From Myxococcota bacterium (GTDB lineage Bacteria > Myxococcota_A > Bradymonadia > UBA7976 > UBA1532): a DNA stretch of 58,052 nucleotides. Of the stretch, positions 11,187 to 20,779 are shown in pieces. Numbering within the stretch: the stretch's first letter is position 1; the number at the start of each line of letters is the position of its first letter. The stretch covers positions 1-58,052 of the forward strand of contig JAYZEG010000032.1 of NCBI GenBank assembly GCA_036337435.1. The letters run 5' to 3'. A program made the position numbers and the translations under genes. Under the pieces are notes generated by a model. That model made no database searches and was not told where the DNA came from. It saw only the letters and a list, made by a program, of their open reading frames with translations.

Positions 11187-11407
11187 TAAGCTATCCATTT
11201 GCCGGTAGTTGGTACGAAAATTGCTGTGACCGGGACAAGGCCTGCTGCCCCAAAGTCGCCTCGTTGATTGACCGAAGCAATAAACGTGGACAGGAGGGTA
11301 ACGGCCAATGATCGAAATGAAAAGAGCCATTGGTGGCCACAACAGTTTCGGTTTGTAGACATTTAGTGTATGACTTGCCGCGCTCGGCATCTGAGAGTGA
11401 GAAAACA

Positions 11408-12556
11408 ATGGGTAAGACAGGCCTGAGGGTCGCTAAAAAATTAAACGCGGATGTGGTTGATGGAATTTCTGTCGCACGCCACGTACGGGCAATAAAGCCG
11501 TATCAAGCCGTCTCGTCTTTGGACGCGATGCGCAGTGAGCCTGAACGGGAATCTTTCAAAATCGATTGGAATGAAGCAACGGTGCCACCGTCGCCCGCGG
11601 TGACCAAGGCGGTCACCGATTTTCTGAGTAGTTCTCAGCATTTGAATCTATATCCGGTTTTGAATAGCACGAATTTGATAGCTCGTTTGGCCACCCATCA
11701 CGGTCTGCCAGAGAGCCAATTCTTGGTCACCAACGGCAGCGATGACGCACTCAATACCATTTGCGGGACCTACCTGGACGAAGGGGACCAAGTCCTCATG
11801 GTCTCTCCGACCTACCAGCATTTCCTGGTATTCGTTCAGTCGAGGGGAGCGAGCGTTGAACATTTTTACGGACGCGACCCATTCCAACCGGACATAGATG
11901 GGCTCTTGCAGACGGCCGCACGGATGCGTCCGAGGATCATTTACTTGGCGAATCCAAACAATCCGACAGGCGTGCTCTATTCGGTTGACTCTCTTCGCCG
12001 CTTGCTGGATGCGAATCCAACGTCGCTGGTCATTGTGGATGAAGCATACTCCGAATTTGCTGGTCAATCAGCCCGTCAATTGCTGTACACGTACTCCAAC
12101 TTGATCATTACCCGTACTTTTTCGAAGGCGTACGGCATGGCCGGCTTGCGAATTGGATATGCGATGGCAGATGCGCGACTCATCACCAATCTGCGTCGCC
12201 TGTTTAACCCGAAGAACGTCAATGCGCTGGCTCAGGTTGCGGCCATCGCAGCACTCGATGACGCCAAGTGGCTGAGTTGGTATCTCTCCGAGGTGGAGAA
12301 GAGCAAAGCCTTGATTACGCGCTGGTTTACGGAGCATGACATCGAGTGCCGAATGACACCCGCCAACTTCTTCATGGTTCGATTTGAACGGGCACCATGG
12401 GTGGTGCGGTGCCTCAGGGAAGAAGGCGTCTATGTCCGAGACCGGTCAACCATGCCCTGTTTGAACGGGTTCGTTAGATTCTCGATCGGCACCGTTGAGC
12501 AAACCAAGAAGATTCTCGACCGAACAGGTGCAGTCCTCGAGCGACTCAATCGCTAA
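11408..12556 (+). CDS. hisC: Histidinol-phosphate aminotransferase (class I/II PLP enzyme)
   Basis: TNGSDD, NPNNPTG, VDEAY, RTFSKAYGMAGLRIGY. Start refined to ATG 11408. Confidence 0.85.
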   Translation: MGKTGLRVAKKLNADVVDGISVARHVRAIKPYQAVSSLDAMRSEPERESFKIDWNEATVPPSPAVTKAVTDFLSSSQHLNLYPVLNSTNLIARLATHHGLPESQFLVTNGSDDALNTICGTYLDEGDQVLMVSPTYQHFLVFVQSRGASVEHFYGRDPFQPDIDGLLQTAARMRPRIIYLANPNNPTGVLYSVDSLRRLLDANPTSLVIVDEAYSEFAGQSARQLLYTYSNLIITRTFSKAYGMAGLRIGYAMADARLITNLRRLFNPKNVNALAQVAAIAALDDAKWLSWYLSEVEKSKALITRWFTEHDIECRMTPANFFMVRFERAPWVVRCLREEGVYVRDRSTMPCLNGFVRFSIGTVEQTKKILDRTGAVLERLNR

Positions 12557-12670
12557 GACGGAGCCAACCCGTCACATAACGCGGCCGTACAATCGCGGCC
12601 CATGGACCATTCGAGGCAGTCCCTCCTTGAGTTGAATCGCCATTGCAGGGTAGAGTCTCCACATTGTTTT

Positions 12671-12699
12671 TTGACTCGGTGAAGGCGATCGTACACACT
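12671..12699 (+). promoter_or_regulatory. Candidate sigma70 promoter
   Basis: TTGACT-N17-CACACT upstream of the ATG at 12735. Confidence 0.35.
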
Positions 12700-12734
12700 G
12701 TGGCGGTCCCAATTTGACTTCGGAGTGTAGCTTT

Positions 12735-14570
12735 ATGAAGGCTGGTTTTAAGGCACTGTTCTTGCTGTTTGTGGGAACCTTCTTTGCATGTACAGATTCC
12801 GCACCAACGGTTGTGAATGGACCGGGTGGTTCCGGTTTTGATGCTGGGTTCAGACAAGATGCTGCTGGCAATGGCAACCGCTTTGACCGAGGCATCAATC
12901 AAGGGCCGCGACGTCTGGTTGTAATCGGACAGCCTGATGTCTTTGTGCTGACTGGTGGGACCGTTAATTTGCAGGTCTCCTATGAGGAAAATCGAGCACC
13001 CCTCGTCGACCAGCGCGTCAGCTTCCGAATGCTGGACGAGAGCGGTACCCCAGCAGGCTCTGCAGGGATTCAGGGCAGTGCTCTCAACAGCGGGAGCGCC
13101 TTGACGAACCGGGACGGTGTCGCCTCGATTCGGCTCCGAATCGGCCCCACCGAAACATCCTTTATCGTTGAGGCGACAGCACAAGGCGCGATGCCGGTTC
13201 GCTGGCGTGTCACCGTCGGCAATGCGGGTATCGGTGCCTTCTCAATCCGCTTAATTTACTCCCAGATGACGGGGCGTTATACCTACCGAGACTTCGAAAA
13301 TGCGGAAGTGTTTCTGTTCAATCGGCAGTCGAATCCGCAGAACTGCGCATCCTTGGGGGTTGCGCCCGGTCAGATTTTTGGAGCGGATTTGGTGGTCGAA
13401 CGGACCCCTTTCAACGAGGTCGACAATCGTGTTGTCGTGAACAACTTGGGTGCAGACGCCCAATACACGATCGCGGCCGTTGCCTACAGTGACACTGGGG
13501 CTCCATTGGCTTTTGGGTGTCTCGATGGACAGCGGGTTGCTGGTGGAATGTCGACCAGTATGGACTTGAGCGTTATCGACCTAGACCTCCAATACAAGGG
13601 GCGCTTTGAGGTTATTCACCGATTCAATCTGCGCAATGCGCTTCAAACGAGCAATGACCAATCGCTCCAAACCCTCAACCAGCTCTTTGATATCTTGCAG
13701 ATCATCGGTGGTCAGGGGGCTGACCGAGGAGATGCGGTCGAACGCCTCATGTGTGACCTCATTAATCTCGACGGGGGCTACTGCCGAGCCATCAGTATTT
13801 TCGTCACCAATGGTGCGATTCAAAATCTACTCGATGGCATTATTGCCAATGAGGCTCCACAGCTCTTTACGGTTTTTCGGGCACTGGCCGATGTCGTTAA
13901 AATCATCGAAGAAATGACGATTGTTGGCGAAATCGAGTTCGTCGAGAATACACCCGATGCCGATGGTTTCTTGCGCAATAACGAGGACCGCTGGCGGAAG
14001 TTTCGATTTAGCTGGCGCCAGGGGTGTCCAGCTGGCCAAAACTGTGAGGATGAGGAATTTACAATCGGTGACATTCACAGCGAGAACGGTCGCGAAACGG
14101 CCATCTTTGCCCCCTTTGACGCTGTCGTCAGTGGCTCAACTATGGAGATCAAAGAGCACACACTGACTGTCAAGTACGGCTTACTCTTGCTCGGCATAGC
14201 GGAGTATTGGGTCGTCCCCGCGGTTCTCAATGTCAATGGGCCAGTGACCATTCAATCGATGTTGGTCAATGTCCTTCCGTGCCAGAGCATCGACAATTTC
14301 CTCGACGACCAGAGCTTTTGCGAGGACGTCCTTGCGGCCGGTCTTGGCGAAGTTCTCAGAGAGGTCATTAGTGGTTTGAGTTTCTCAAATGATGCCTTCA
14401 CTCTCCAGGGAACAGTGCGGCCAGTGGATGATGACGGTGACCTCGTCATCGATCGGCTTCAGGGCGGAATCTGGCGAGGGCGCATCGGTGCCAATTCCGA
14501 GTTCAATGGGTGCTTTAATGGGTGCCGGGGACTCGATTGCGAACCCGATCTCTGCCTTCCTCCACAATAA
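12735..14570 (+). CDS. Hypothetical lipoprotein with N-terminal Ig-like (Big_1-like) domain
   Basis: Signal MKAGFKALFLLFVGTFFAC; Ig-like 'SALTNRDGVASIRL...FIVEATA'; paired Cys; DDDGDLVID loop near the C-terminus. Confidence 0.7.
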   Translation: MKAGFKALFLLFVGTFFACTDSAPTVVNGPGGSGFDAGFRQDAAGNGNRFDRGINQGPRRLVVIGQPDVFVLTGGTVNLQVSYEENRAPLVDQRVSFRMLDESGTPAGSAGIQGSALNSGSALTNRDGVASIRLRIGPTETSFIVEATAQGAMPVRWRVTVGNAGIGAFSIRLIYSQMTGRYTYRDFENAEVFLFNRQSNPQNCASLGVAPGQIFGADLVVERTPFNEVDNRVVVNNLGADAQYTIAAVAYSDTGAPLAFGCLDGQRVAGGMSTSMDLSVIDLDLQYKGRFEVIHRFNLRNALQTSNDQSLQTLNQLFDILQIIGGQGADRGDAVERLMCDLINLDGGYCRAISIFVTNGAIQNLLDGIIANEAPQLFTVFRALADVVKIIEEMTIVGEIEFVENTPDADGFLRNNEDRWRKFRFSWRQGCPAGQNCEDEEFTIGDIHSENGRETAIFAPFDAVVSGSTMEIKEHTLTVKYGLLLLGIAEYWVVPAVLNVNGPVTIQSMLVNVLPCQSIDNFLDDQSFCEDVLAAGLGEVLREVISGLSFSNDAFTLQGTVRPVDDDGDLVIDRLQGGIWRGRIGANSEFNGCFNGCRGLDCEPDLCLPPQ

Positions 14571-14597
14571 AACCTATCGTGCGAATTCCCGCTGGTG

Positions 14598-14626
14598 TTG
14601 ACAGGCTTTCGAAGCCGACCGACAAT
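14598..14626 (+). promoter_or_regulatory. Candidate sigma70 promoter for the cpoB-like/tsaP-like/dprA run
   Basis: TTGACA-N17-GACAAT. Confidence 0.45.
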
Positions 14627-14669
14627 CTGGTTGAGGACAATCTATTCGCGTTCGATTAAGGGCATCCTG

Positions 14670-15515
14670 TTGGCACATAAAACTAAAGCGGCTTTATGCT
14701 TTATCCTGGGGTTGGGTCAGTGTGCTTGCGTGAGCAGCCAATCGACCGATCGAAAGCTGACTGCCATTCAGATGGAAATGCAAGACCTCATGGACAGCCA
14801 CAAGGCGATGATCCAGCGCTTCGAATCCTTGCGCGACCGGATCGAACTCGTTGAAGATCGTCTTGCTGGTGTGGTTTTGAATCGCCGTGATAGCCTCGCG
14901 GACCGGACGAAGCGAAATCGGCCAGCACCAGTGATTCGGCCCGTTCCTCATCAGGTCGAATTACCACCCGGTACCATTACTCAACGTGATTTGCGACGCT
15001 TAGACCAGGATGGTGCGGGCACAATGGATTTAGGTGCGGTCGACAGCACATCGAAGAGCCGGCAACTGAGAAAGCGAAAGAAGCCGACACAGAGGCCGCT
15101 GGCCAAAGGTGGCCCTCGCTCCACACTCGATGACCCAATTGCTGCCTTTAAGAATGCAGAACGTCTGTTTAGTGGACGCAACCAAGCGGCAGCGTTAGTT
15201 CAGTTGACCGCGTTTGTCGGTCGTTGGCCACGCCACGGCTACGCAGACAACGCGCTTATTTATATTGGGACGATTCATTTCCGCCAAGCGCAGTATCAGC
15301 GGGCACTGTCGACTTTCCAAAGGGTGCTTAAACATCATCCTGGCGGAAACCAGGTGCCATCTGCTTTGCTGATGATCGGCCAAACTCTTGACCGAATGGG
15401 TCGAACACAGCAAGCTATAGATACGCTCAGTCGCCTTAGAACAATGTTCCCCGCGACAAAGGCAGGTCAGCGAGCAGAAAAGTCCCTCGAACGGTTACGA
15501 GTTAAGGTCAAGTAG
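14670..15515 (+). CDS. YbgF/CpoB-like coiled-coil + TPR envelope protein
   Basis: Probable TTG start at 14670 (AAGGG upstream); lipoprotein-like signal, coiled coil, TPRs 'YADNALIYIG...YQRALSTFQRV...VPSALLMIG'. Confidence 0.75.
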   Translation: MAHKTKAALCFILGLGQCACVSSQSTDRKLTAIQMEMQDLMDSHKAMIQRFESLRDRIELVEDRLAGVVLNRRDSLADRTKRNRPAPVIRPVPHQVELPPGTITQRDLRRLDQDGAGTMDLGAVDSTSKSRQLRKRKKPTQRPLAKGGPRSTLDDPIAAFKNAERLFSGRNQAAALVQLTAFVGRWPRHGYADNALIYIGTIHFRQAQYQRALSTFQRVLKHHPGGNQVPSALLMIGQTLDRMGRTQQAIDTLSRLRTMFPATKAGQRAEKSLERLRVKVK

Positions 15516-15526
15516 GAGACGAGGAA

Positions 15527-16540
15527 TTGAGAACATTGAAGAACGCTCATTTGCACTTGTTATCATTAGGTTTTTTGATGGTGTGTTCCGTCGCTCATGG
15601 GCAACGGATCCGATTGGCGGGACCGACTGGTTCGGAGATTCCCACCGAGTATCTCGTTGAGAAGGGGGATACGCTTTGGGACATATGCGACCATTATTTC
15701 TCGGAGCCGCAGCGGTGGCCATCAATTTGGGCACTCAATCCCCACGTGACCAATCCACACTGGATATATCCCGGTGATATTCTCCGATTGCGCCATCCTG
15801 GACAACTGGGTTCAGACGGGGTTGCGAATAAACCGTTCAGCTATACGGTCGGGTCTGAGGGCACAAGGCAAGTTACGATAAACGAAGGCTTCATTGTGGA
15901 TGCGCCTGTCGAATCTGTAGGTCAACTATCCTATTCACCTCATACCCAGCAATATCTGGCGTTGGACGACTTAGTCTATCTCGAACTGACTGACCTGCCG
16001 GCGGCACGTTCCGGCCAGCGTTTTTCGGTCTATGTTGTCGAACACGACGTTGTGCACCCGGAGTCTCAGGACGTGCTTGGGCAGAAGATCCGCATCAAAG
16101 GTGTCGTGGAAATCGAGACTGTTGATCGACATATGGCCCGAGCGAAGATCATCGCCTCTTATGGAGAGATTGAACGGGGCATGAGTTTGATGGCGGAGCA
16201 AAAACATCACCGCGTTGTCAACCCGCGACAGAATTTGATCGACCTTAAAGGCATGGTGGTTGATGCGCTGAGCCCCAGTAAAGAACTGGCCCAATTCGAT
16301 ACGATATTCATTGACCGAGGCAAGAAACAAGGCGTTCAGGTTGGGAATAGATTCTTTGTCATGCGTCGTGGTGATGGCAAGTTTGAGTACAAACTTAAGG
16401 TGAACAAGAAAATGCCTTGGGAGCAAATTGGTGAGGCACTTGTCGTCGTTGCCCGTGACAACACCGCGACAGCTCTGATCACTCGTTCTGCCGTTGAGGT
16501 GCGCCGCGGTGATCGCGTGATCATGCAGCGGCACTACTAG
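15527..16540 (+). CDS. LysM peptidoglycan-binding protein, TsaP-like
   Basis: Signal peptide; YLVEKGDTLWDI...WPSIWALNPHVTNPHWIYPGD; C-terminal IDRGKKQGVQVG; sits next to dprA. Confidence 0.8.
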   Translation: MRTLKNAHLHLLSLGFLMVCSVAHGQRIRLAGPTGSEIPTEYLVEKGDTLWDICDHYFSEPQRWPSIWALNPHVTNPHWIYPGDILRLRHPGQLGSDGVANKPFSYTVGSEGTRQVTINEGFIVDAPVESVGQLSYSPHTQQYLALDDLVYLELTDLPAARSGQRFSVYVVEHDVVHPESQDVLGQKIRIKGVVEIETVDRHMARAKIIASYGEIERGMSLMAEQKHHRVVNPRQNLIDLKGMVVDALSPSKELAQFDTIFIDRGKKQGVQVGNRFFVMRRGDGKFEYKLKVNKKMPWEQIGEALVVVARDNTATALITRSAVEVRRGDRVIMQRHY

Positions 16541-16646
16541 GATCTGGGTGCCCTGCCGGCGCACTCGTTTATTCCGAAGTACGAAAAACGCAACACCGGT
16601 TTCAATCGGCCGAACGGCATGGTGAGTCAATCATGTTGGGTCGCAA

Positions 16647-17678
16647 ATGGGACAGGATACGTCGAACCAGTTAGCTGGCATTCATGCATTTAGTCTCACG
16701 GACGAAGGGCGTCGCCATTTGGACTTGCGCCGCAGCAAGTGCGTAGACCCGGTTTTATTGAACAATAAGATTCTCGACAGTGTCCGAGACAGCAACGTCC
16801 AAGAAAGGCGCCTGCAAGAGCTCGATATGCTGGAACGGATGGATGGCAACATCGTCAGCAGTGCGTGCCCGACTTGGCCATTGGCTACAGCAGGCCTCGG
16901 TATCATTCGGTATATTGGTCATTTTTGTCATCGCCGGAGAGTTGGGATCGTCGGCATGCGCGCTCCGGACACTTATGGCTTGGATATTGCCGGCCGAATC
17001 GCCAAATTTGCAGCAGAATCCGATATTGTCGTGGTGTCTGGGGGCGCACTCGGGATTGACGGCCAAGCCCATCGATCGAGTCTCCATGCGGGTGGACGGA
17101 CAATTGTCGTTCTCGGCTCCGGTCTGCTCCAGCGCAGTCCAAAGAGACATTCAAAATTGTTTGAGCGCGCACGCGAGCACGGGGCTGTCATGAGCCCGTT
17201 TCATATGACAACCCGTCCATCAAAATGGACCTTTCCGTACCGTAATCCTTGGATTGCTGCCCTCGTGACGGACCTCATTGTCGTACAGGCTGGTTATGGA
17301 AGTGGCGCATTACAGACGGCCCGACATGCGCTGAAGATGGGCACTCGAGTTTGGGTTGTGCCGGGCCCAATGGATAATCCACGTCATCATGGATGCCATT
17401 TGCTCTTAAAAGAAGGGGCCGAGATTTTGCTCAACCACAGTGATTGGTTGGCAGACCCTAGAATTGAATTTGATTTGCAAGAGCCGAAGGAACCACAGAT
17501 GGACTTGCATTATTGGCAACTTTTCGACGATAAACCTCGCAGTCTTGAGGACGTCTACAGACAGAATTCCTGTTCTCTTGAAAAACTGACCGCAGCCAGT
17601 GTACGTCTTGAGGCCAGTGGTTGGTTAGGGCGCCATCAAGGTGCTTATTTTATTCGACGGTATACGGGGCGCGTTTGA
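16647..17678 (+). CDS. dprA: DNA-processing protein DprA
   Basis: IVGMR, VVSGGALGIDGQAH, FPYRN, SGALQTA, VPG; C-terminal winged-helix-like segment. Confidence 0.9.
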   Translation: MGQDTSNQLAGIHAFSLTDEGRRHLDLRRSKCVDPVLLNNKILDSVRDSNVQERRLQELDMLERMDGNIVSSACPTWPLATAGLGIIRYIGHFCHRRRVGIVGMRAPDTYGLDIAGRIAKFAAESDIVVVSGGALGIDGQAHRSSLHAGGRTIVVLGSGLLQRSPKRHSKLFERAREHGAVMSPFHMTTRPSKWTFPYRNPWIAALVTDLIVVQAGYGSGALQTARHALKMGTRVWVVPGPMDNPRHHGCHLLLKEGAEILLNHSDWLADPRIEFDLQEPKEPQMDLHYWQLFDDKPRSLEDVYRQNSCSLEKLTAASVRLEASGWLGRHQGAYFIRRYTGRV

Positions 17679-19033
17679 TGGGTGAACACATGCAAACAAT
17701 TAAAATCATTGGTGGCGGATTGGCTGGTAGCGAAATCGCGTTGCAGCTGGCTGATCGCGGTATCTCGGTTCAATTGTATGAGATGAAGCCGCTTAAGCGT
17801 ACACCCGCTCAAACCAGTGACCATCTGGCGGAATTGGTTTGTTCCAACAGTTTTCGAAGTCAAAATGAAGCCAATGCCATCGGCCAGCTCAAATGGGAAA
17901 TGCGTCTTGCTGGCAGCAAAATCATGGAGTCGGCCGACAGATTTGCGGTCCCAGCCGGCGATGCGCTCGCTGTTGATCGCGAGCTTTTCGCAGCCGATAT
18001 GACAGCGCGCATAATGAACCATCCGTTAATTGAGCTGGTCCCAGAAGTCGTTGAGACGATCCCCGATGGGTTGACGGTGATCGCAACCGGGCCGTTGACC
18101 GATGAACCGCTGGCCAAGGCCATCGGTCAGAGAGCCGGTCGCGATAGCCTTTATTTCTATGATGCCATCGCACCGATAATTGATGCCGAATCCATCGATT
18201 GGAACATCGTCTGGCGCCAGAGTCGATATGACAAAGGTGAGGACGCAGCCTACGCGAATATACCATTGAGTGAGGCGCAATATACCCAGTTTGTCAGTGA
18301 TGTTATCAGCGGTGATCAAGTCCGGAGCCACGCTTTCGAAAATGAGACCTTCTTCGAGGGCTGCTTACCCATAGAAGTGATGGCTCAGCGTGGGCCTCAA
18401 ACGCTGTCTTTTGGGCCGATGAAGCCCGTTGGATTGGTGGACCCTCGGACCGGCGAGCAGCCTTATGCTGTTGCCCAGCTGAGGATGGAAAATGTAGAAG
18501 CCTCCGCCTGGAATATGGTTGGTTTCCAGACGCGCCTCAAATACCCAGCTCAGCGGGAAATTTTTAGGCGCCTGCCCGGTTTAGAAAATGCGGAATTTCT
18601 CCGCTACGGCAGTGTTCATCGAAACACATACCTTCATGCGCCATCGCTGCTGACCGAGACGCTCAATTTTCATGATTCGAGTGACTTATATTTTGCCGGA
18701 CAGATCACAGGCGTCGAAGGCTACGTAGAATCGACGGCATGCGGTATGTTAGTTGCGTGGCAGATTTTATCGACTCTTGGGGATGGTTTTTCACCCGTGC
18801 CGCCACCGGAGAGCGCATTTGGCGCACTCCGCCGTCACCTTCGGGCTGATGGAATCCTGAGCAAATACGCACCCAGTAATTTAAATTGGTCGCTCTTCCC
18901 TGCCATTGAGCGTAAGCGTCGAGAACGGCGGCGTGAACGACGATTGCGGATGGCCCGACGAGCACAAGAGCATTTTCAGGACTGGTGGCAAACGAGTGGT
19001 TTTAGCCTGGTCTCCCACGCGTCCCACACATGA
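17678..19033 (+). CDS. trmFO: tRNA m5U54 methyltransferase (FAD/folate-dependent)
   Basis: IIGGGLAGSE, ELVCSNS, FFEGCLPIE, GPMKPVGL, GFQT, AGQITGVEGY. The ATG overlaps the dprA stop (TGATG). Confidence 0.96.
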   Translation: MGEHMQTIKIIGGGLAGSEIALQLADRGISVQLYEMKPLKRTPAQTSDHLAELVCSNSFRSQNEANAIGQLKWEMRLAGSKIMESADRFAVPAGDALAVDRELFAADMTARIMNHPLIELVPEVVETIPDGLTVIATGPLTDEPLAKAIGQRAGRDSLYFYDAIAPIIDAESIDWNIVWRQSRYDKGEDAAYANIPLSEAQYTQFVSDVISGDQVRSHAFENETFFEGCLPIEVMAQRGPQTLSFGPMKPVGLVDPRTGEQPYAVAQLRMENVEASAWNMVGFQTRLKYPAQREIFRRLPGLENAEFLRYGSVHRNTYLHAPSLLTETLNFHDSSDLYFAGQITGVEGYVESTACGMLVAWQILSTLGDGFSPVPPPESAFGALRRHLRADGILSKYAPSNLNWSLFPAIERKRRERRRERRLRMARRAQEHFQDWWQTSGFSLVSHASHT

Positions 19034-19153
19034 TTAACGGAGCTGGGTGGTCGAGTTCGGTTCGGCTTATTACTGACCTATCGACCCCCCGTATCGTAGG
19101 TGACGCTAACACAAAAATTAGCATTAGACGCATATTTGGCTACACTCAGGTAC

Positions 19154-20080
19154 ATGAGCGCACACCAGACCGTCGTAGCCTTTCATAACTATTTGTCCAT
19201 CGAGAGACGAATGAGCCAGAACACCATTCTGGCCTACATGCGAGACCTCGCCTCGTTTCAGACCTATGTTTTGAATCGGATCGGTGTTTTTGAACCGCTT
19301 GAGATCGATCGACGCTTACTCAGGCGATATTTAGGACATTTACATGCCGATGGGCATAGCGTTTCAACGATCGCCAGGCGGATCTCTGCGCTGAGAGCGT
19401 ATTTTAAATATCTGATTAAGCAGGGTGCCTTGACGTCTGACCCGTCGGAAAACTTGAAGACACCCAAACAACAAAAGCTTACACCGAGGTTTCTGTCTGC
19501 CGATGATGCGCTTCGACTCATTGAGCATCCCAGTGGCGATACGCCCGCAGCATATCGAGACCGCGCCATCTTGGAACTCGCCTACAGCGCAGGTCTCCGT
19601 GTTGGAGAGGTGGTCAGTTTAAATGTCGGAGATGTCGACTTAGAGGCGCGGACATTGCGGGTTGTCGGTAAAGGTGACAAGACGCGTATCGTCCCCATCG
19701 GACGACACGCCGTGATCGCTTTAGAGTTGTGGTTGGTCCGGCGTCATGAACTCTCGGGCCCCCTCAATGACCTGCAGGCTGTCTTTAGAAATAAGCGAGG
19801 CGGGCGTCTGAGTGCTCGCAGTGTTCAACGATTGGTGACCAAAGGTCGCCAGAGTTGTCAGCAGCAAGGTGCGACACCCCACTGGTTACGGCATGCGTGT
19901 GCGACTCATATGTTGGGAAGCGGGGCTGATTTGCGTAGCATTCAAGAGTTATTGGGGCACTCCAGCCTATCGACGACACAACGCTATACCCATGTGGACT
20001 TAGAAAAGTTAATGAAAACTTACGATAAAGCCCATCCACGGTCAGGTAATTCGACGTCTGACTCCAATTTGCCGAGTTAG
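19154..20080 (+). CDS. xerC: Tyrosine recombinase XerC
   Basis: RDRAILELAYSAGLR, GKGDK, HWLRHACATH, IQELLGHSSLSTTQRY; located between trmFO and hslV. Confidence 0.9.
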   Translation: MSAHQTVVAFHNYLSIERRMSQNTILAYMRDLASFQTYVLNRIGVFEPLEIDRRLLRRYLGHLHADGHSVSTIARRISALRAYFKYLIKQGALTSDPSENLKTPKQQKLTPRFLSADDALRLIEHPSGDTPAAYRDRAILELAYSAGLRVGEVVSLNVGDVDLEARTLRVVGKGDKTRIVPIGRHAVIALELWLVRRHELSGPLNDLQAVFRNKRGGRLSARSVQRLVTKGRQSCQQQGATPHWLRHACATHMLGSGADLRSIQELLGHSSLSTTQRYTHVDLEKLMKTYDKAHPRSGNSTSDSNLPS

Positions 20081-20140
20081 TGTCTGCGGGTCTTCGACGT
20101 AACCAATGACATCTTCAACAAAGAGTTTACCCACTGCGCG

Positions 20141-20168
20141 TTGACAACATCTGAGCGGTGTATATTGT
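20141..20168 (+). promoter_or_regulatory. Candidate sigma70 promoter for hslVU
   Basis: TTGACA-N16-TATTGT; GGAGA SD before ATG 20196. Confidence 0.45.
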
Positions 20169-20195
20169 CCGTCGCGAAGCGATGGAGAAGACAAC

Positions 20196-20753
20196 ATGAG
20201 TGAAAAACCGATCTTTCATGCGACGACGATTTTGGCTGTCCGACGAGCCAACCAACTCGTGTTTTGCGGCGACGGGCAAGTCTCTTTGGGCCAGACCATA
20301 ATGAAGGGACATGCCGTGAAAGTCAGGAGTCTGTTGGATGGAACCATTTTGACGGGATTCGCTGGCGCAACGGCCGATGCCTTTACTCTGTTTGAAAAAT
20401 TTGAGGCAAAATTAAAAGCCTTTAACCACAATCTGATTCGGGCCGCCGTCGAATTGGCAAAAGATTGGCGGACAGATCGTTATCTTCGCCGTCTCGAAGC
20501 TTTGCTCCTCGTCGGTGACCAAAAACATACTCTATTGGTGAGTGGCACAGGTGACGTAATCGAGCCCGATGGTGACATTATCGCAATCGGTAGTGGTGGA
20601 AATTATGCGACGGCCGCGGCGAAAGCACTCATGGCTCATACGGAATTACCTGCTCTTGATATCGCGAGAGAATCCCTCAGAATTGCCTCAGAGATCGATA
20701 TTTACACCAACGATAATTTAGTAATCGAGACACTCACCTACGGTGAAAACTAA
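20196..20753 (+). CDS. hslV: ATP-dependent protease subunit HslV
   Basis: HATTI N-terminal Thr nucleophile, [19 protein letters not shown]. Confidence 0.97.
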   Translation: MSEKPIFHATTILAVRRANQLVFCGDGQVSLGQTIMKGHAVKVRSLLDGTILTGFAGATADAFTLFEKFEAKLKAFNHNLIRAAVELAKDWRTDRYLRRLEALLLVGDQKHTLLVSGTGDVIEPDGDIIAIGSGGNYATAAAKALMAHTELPALDIARESLRIASEIDIYTNDNLVIETLTYGEN

Positions 20754-20779
20754 ATTCCGAATCGGAAGGACTACTTGGC

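Noticed and set aside
11187..11408. Apparent head-to-head overlap of the TPR-YggX and hisC ORFs
   Set aside because: Artefact of longest-ORF starts; refined starts leave a ~220-bp divergent gap.
12546..13184. 212-aa minus ORF (similarly 15971..16630)
   Set aside because: Antisense to well-supported genes and has no motifs.
18900..18965. Arg-rich tract near the TrmFO C-terminus
   Set aside because: A basic C-terminal helix is normal for this tRNA-binding family.
19154..20080. Tyrosine recombinase as a mobile-element integrase
   Set aside because: Housekeeping trmFO-xerC-hslVU context; no att sites or cargo genes seen.
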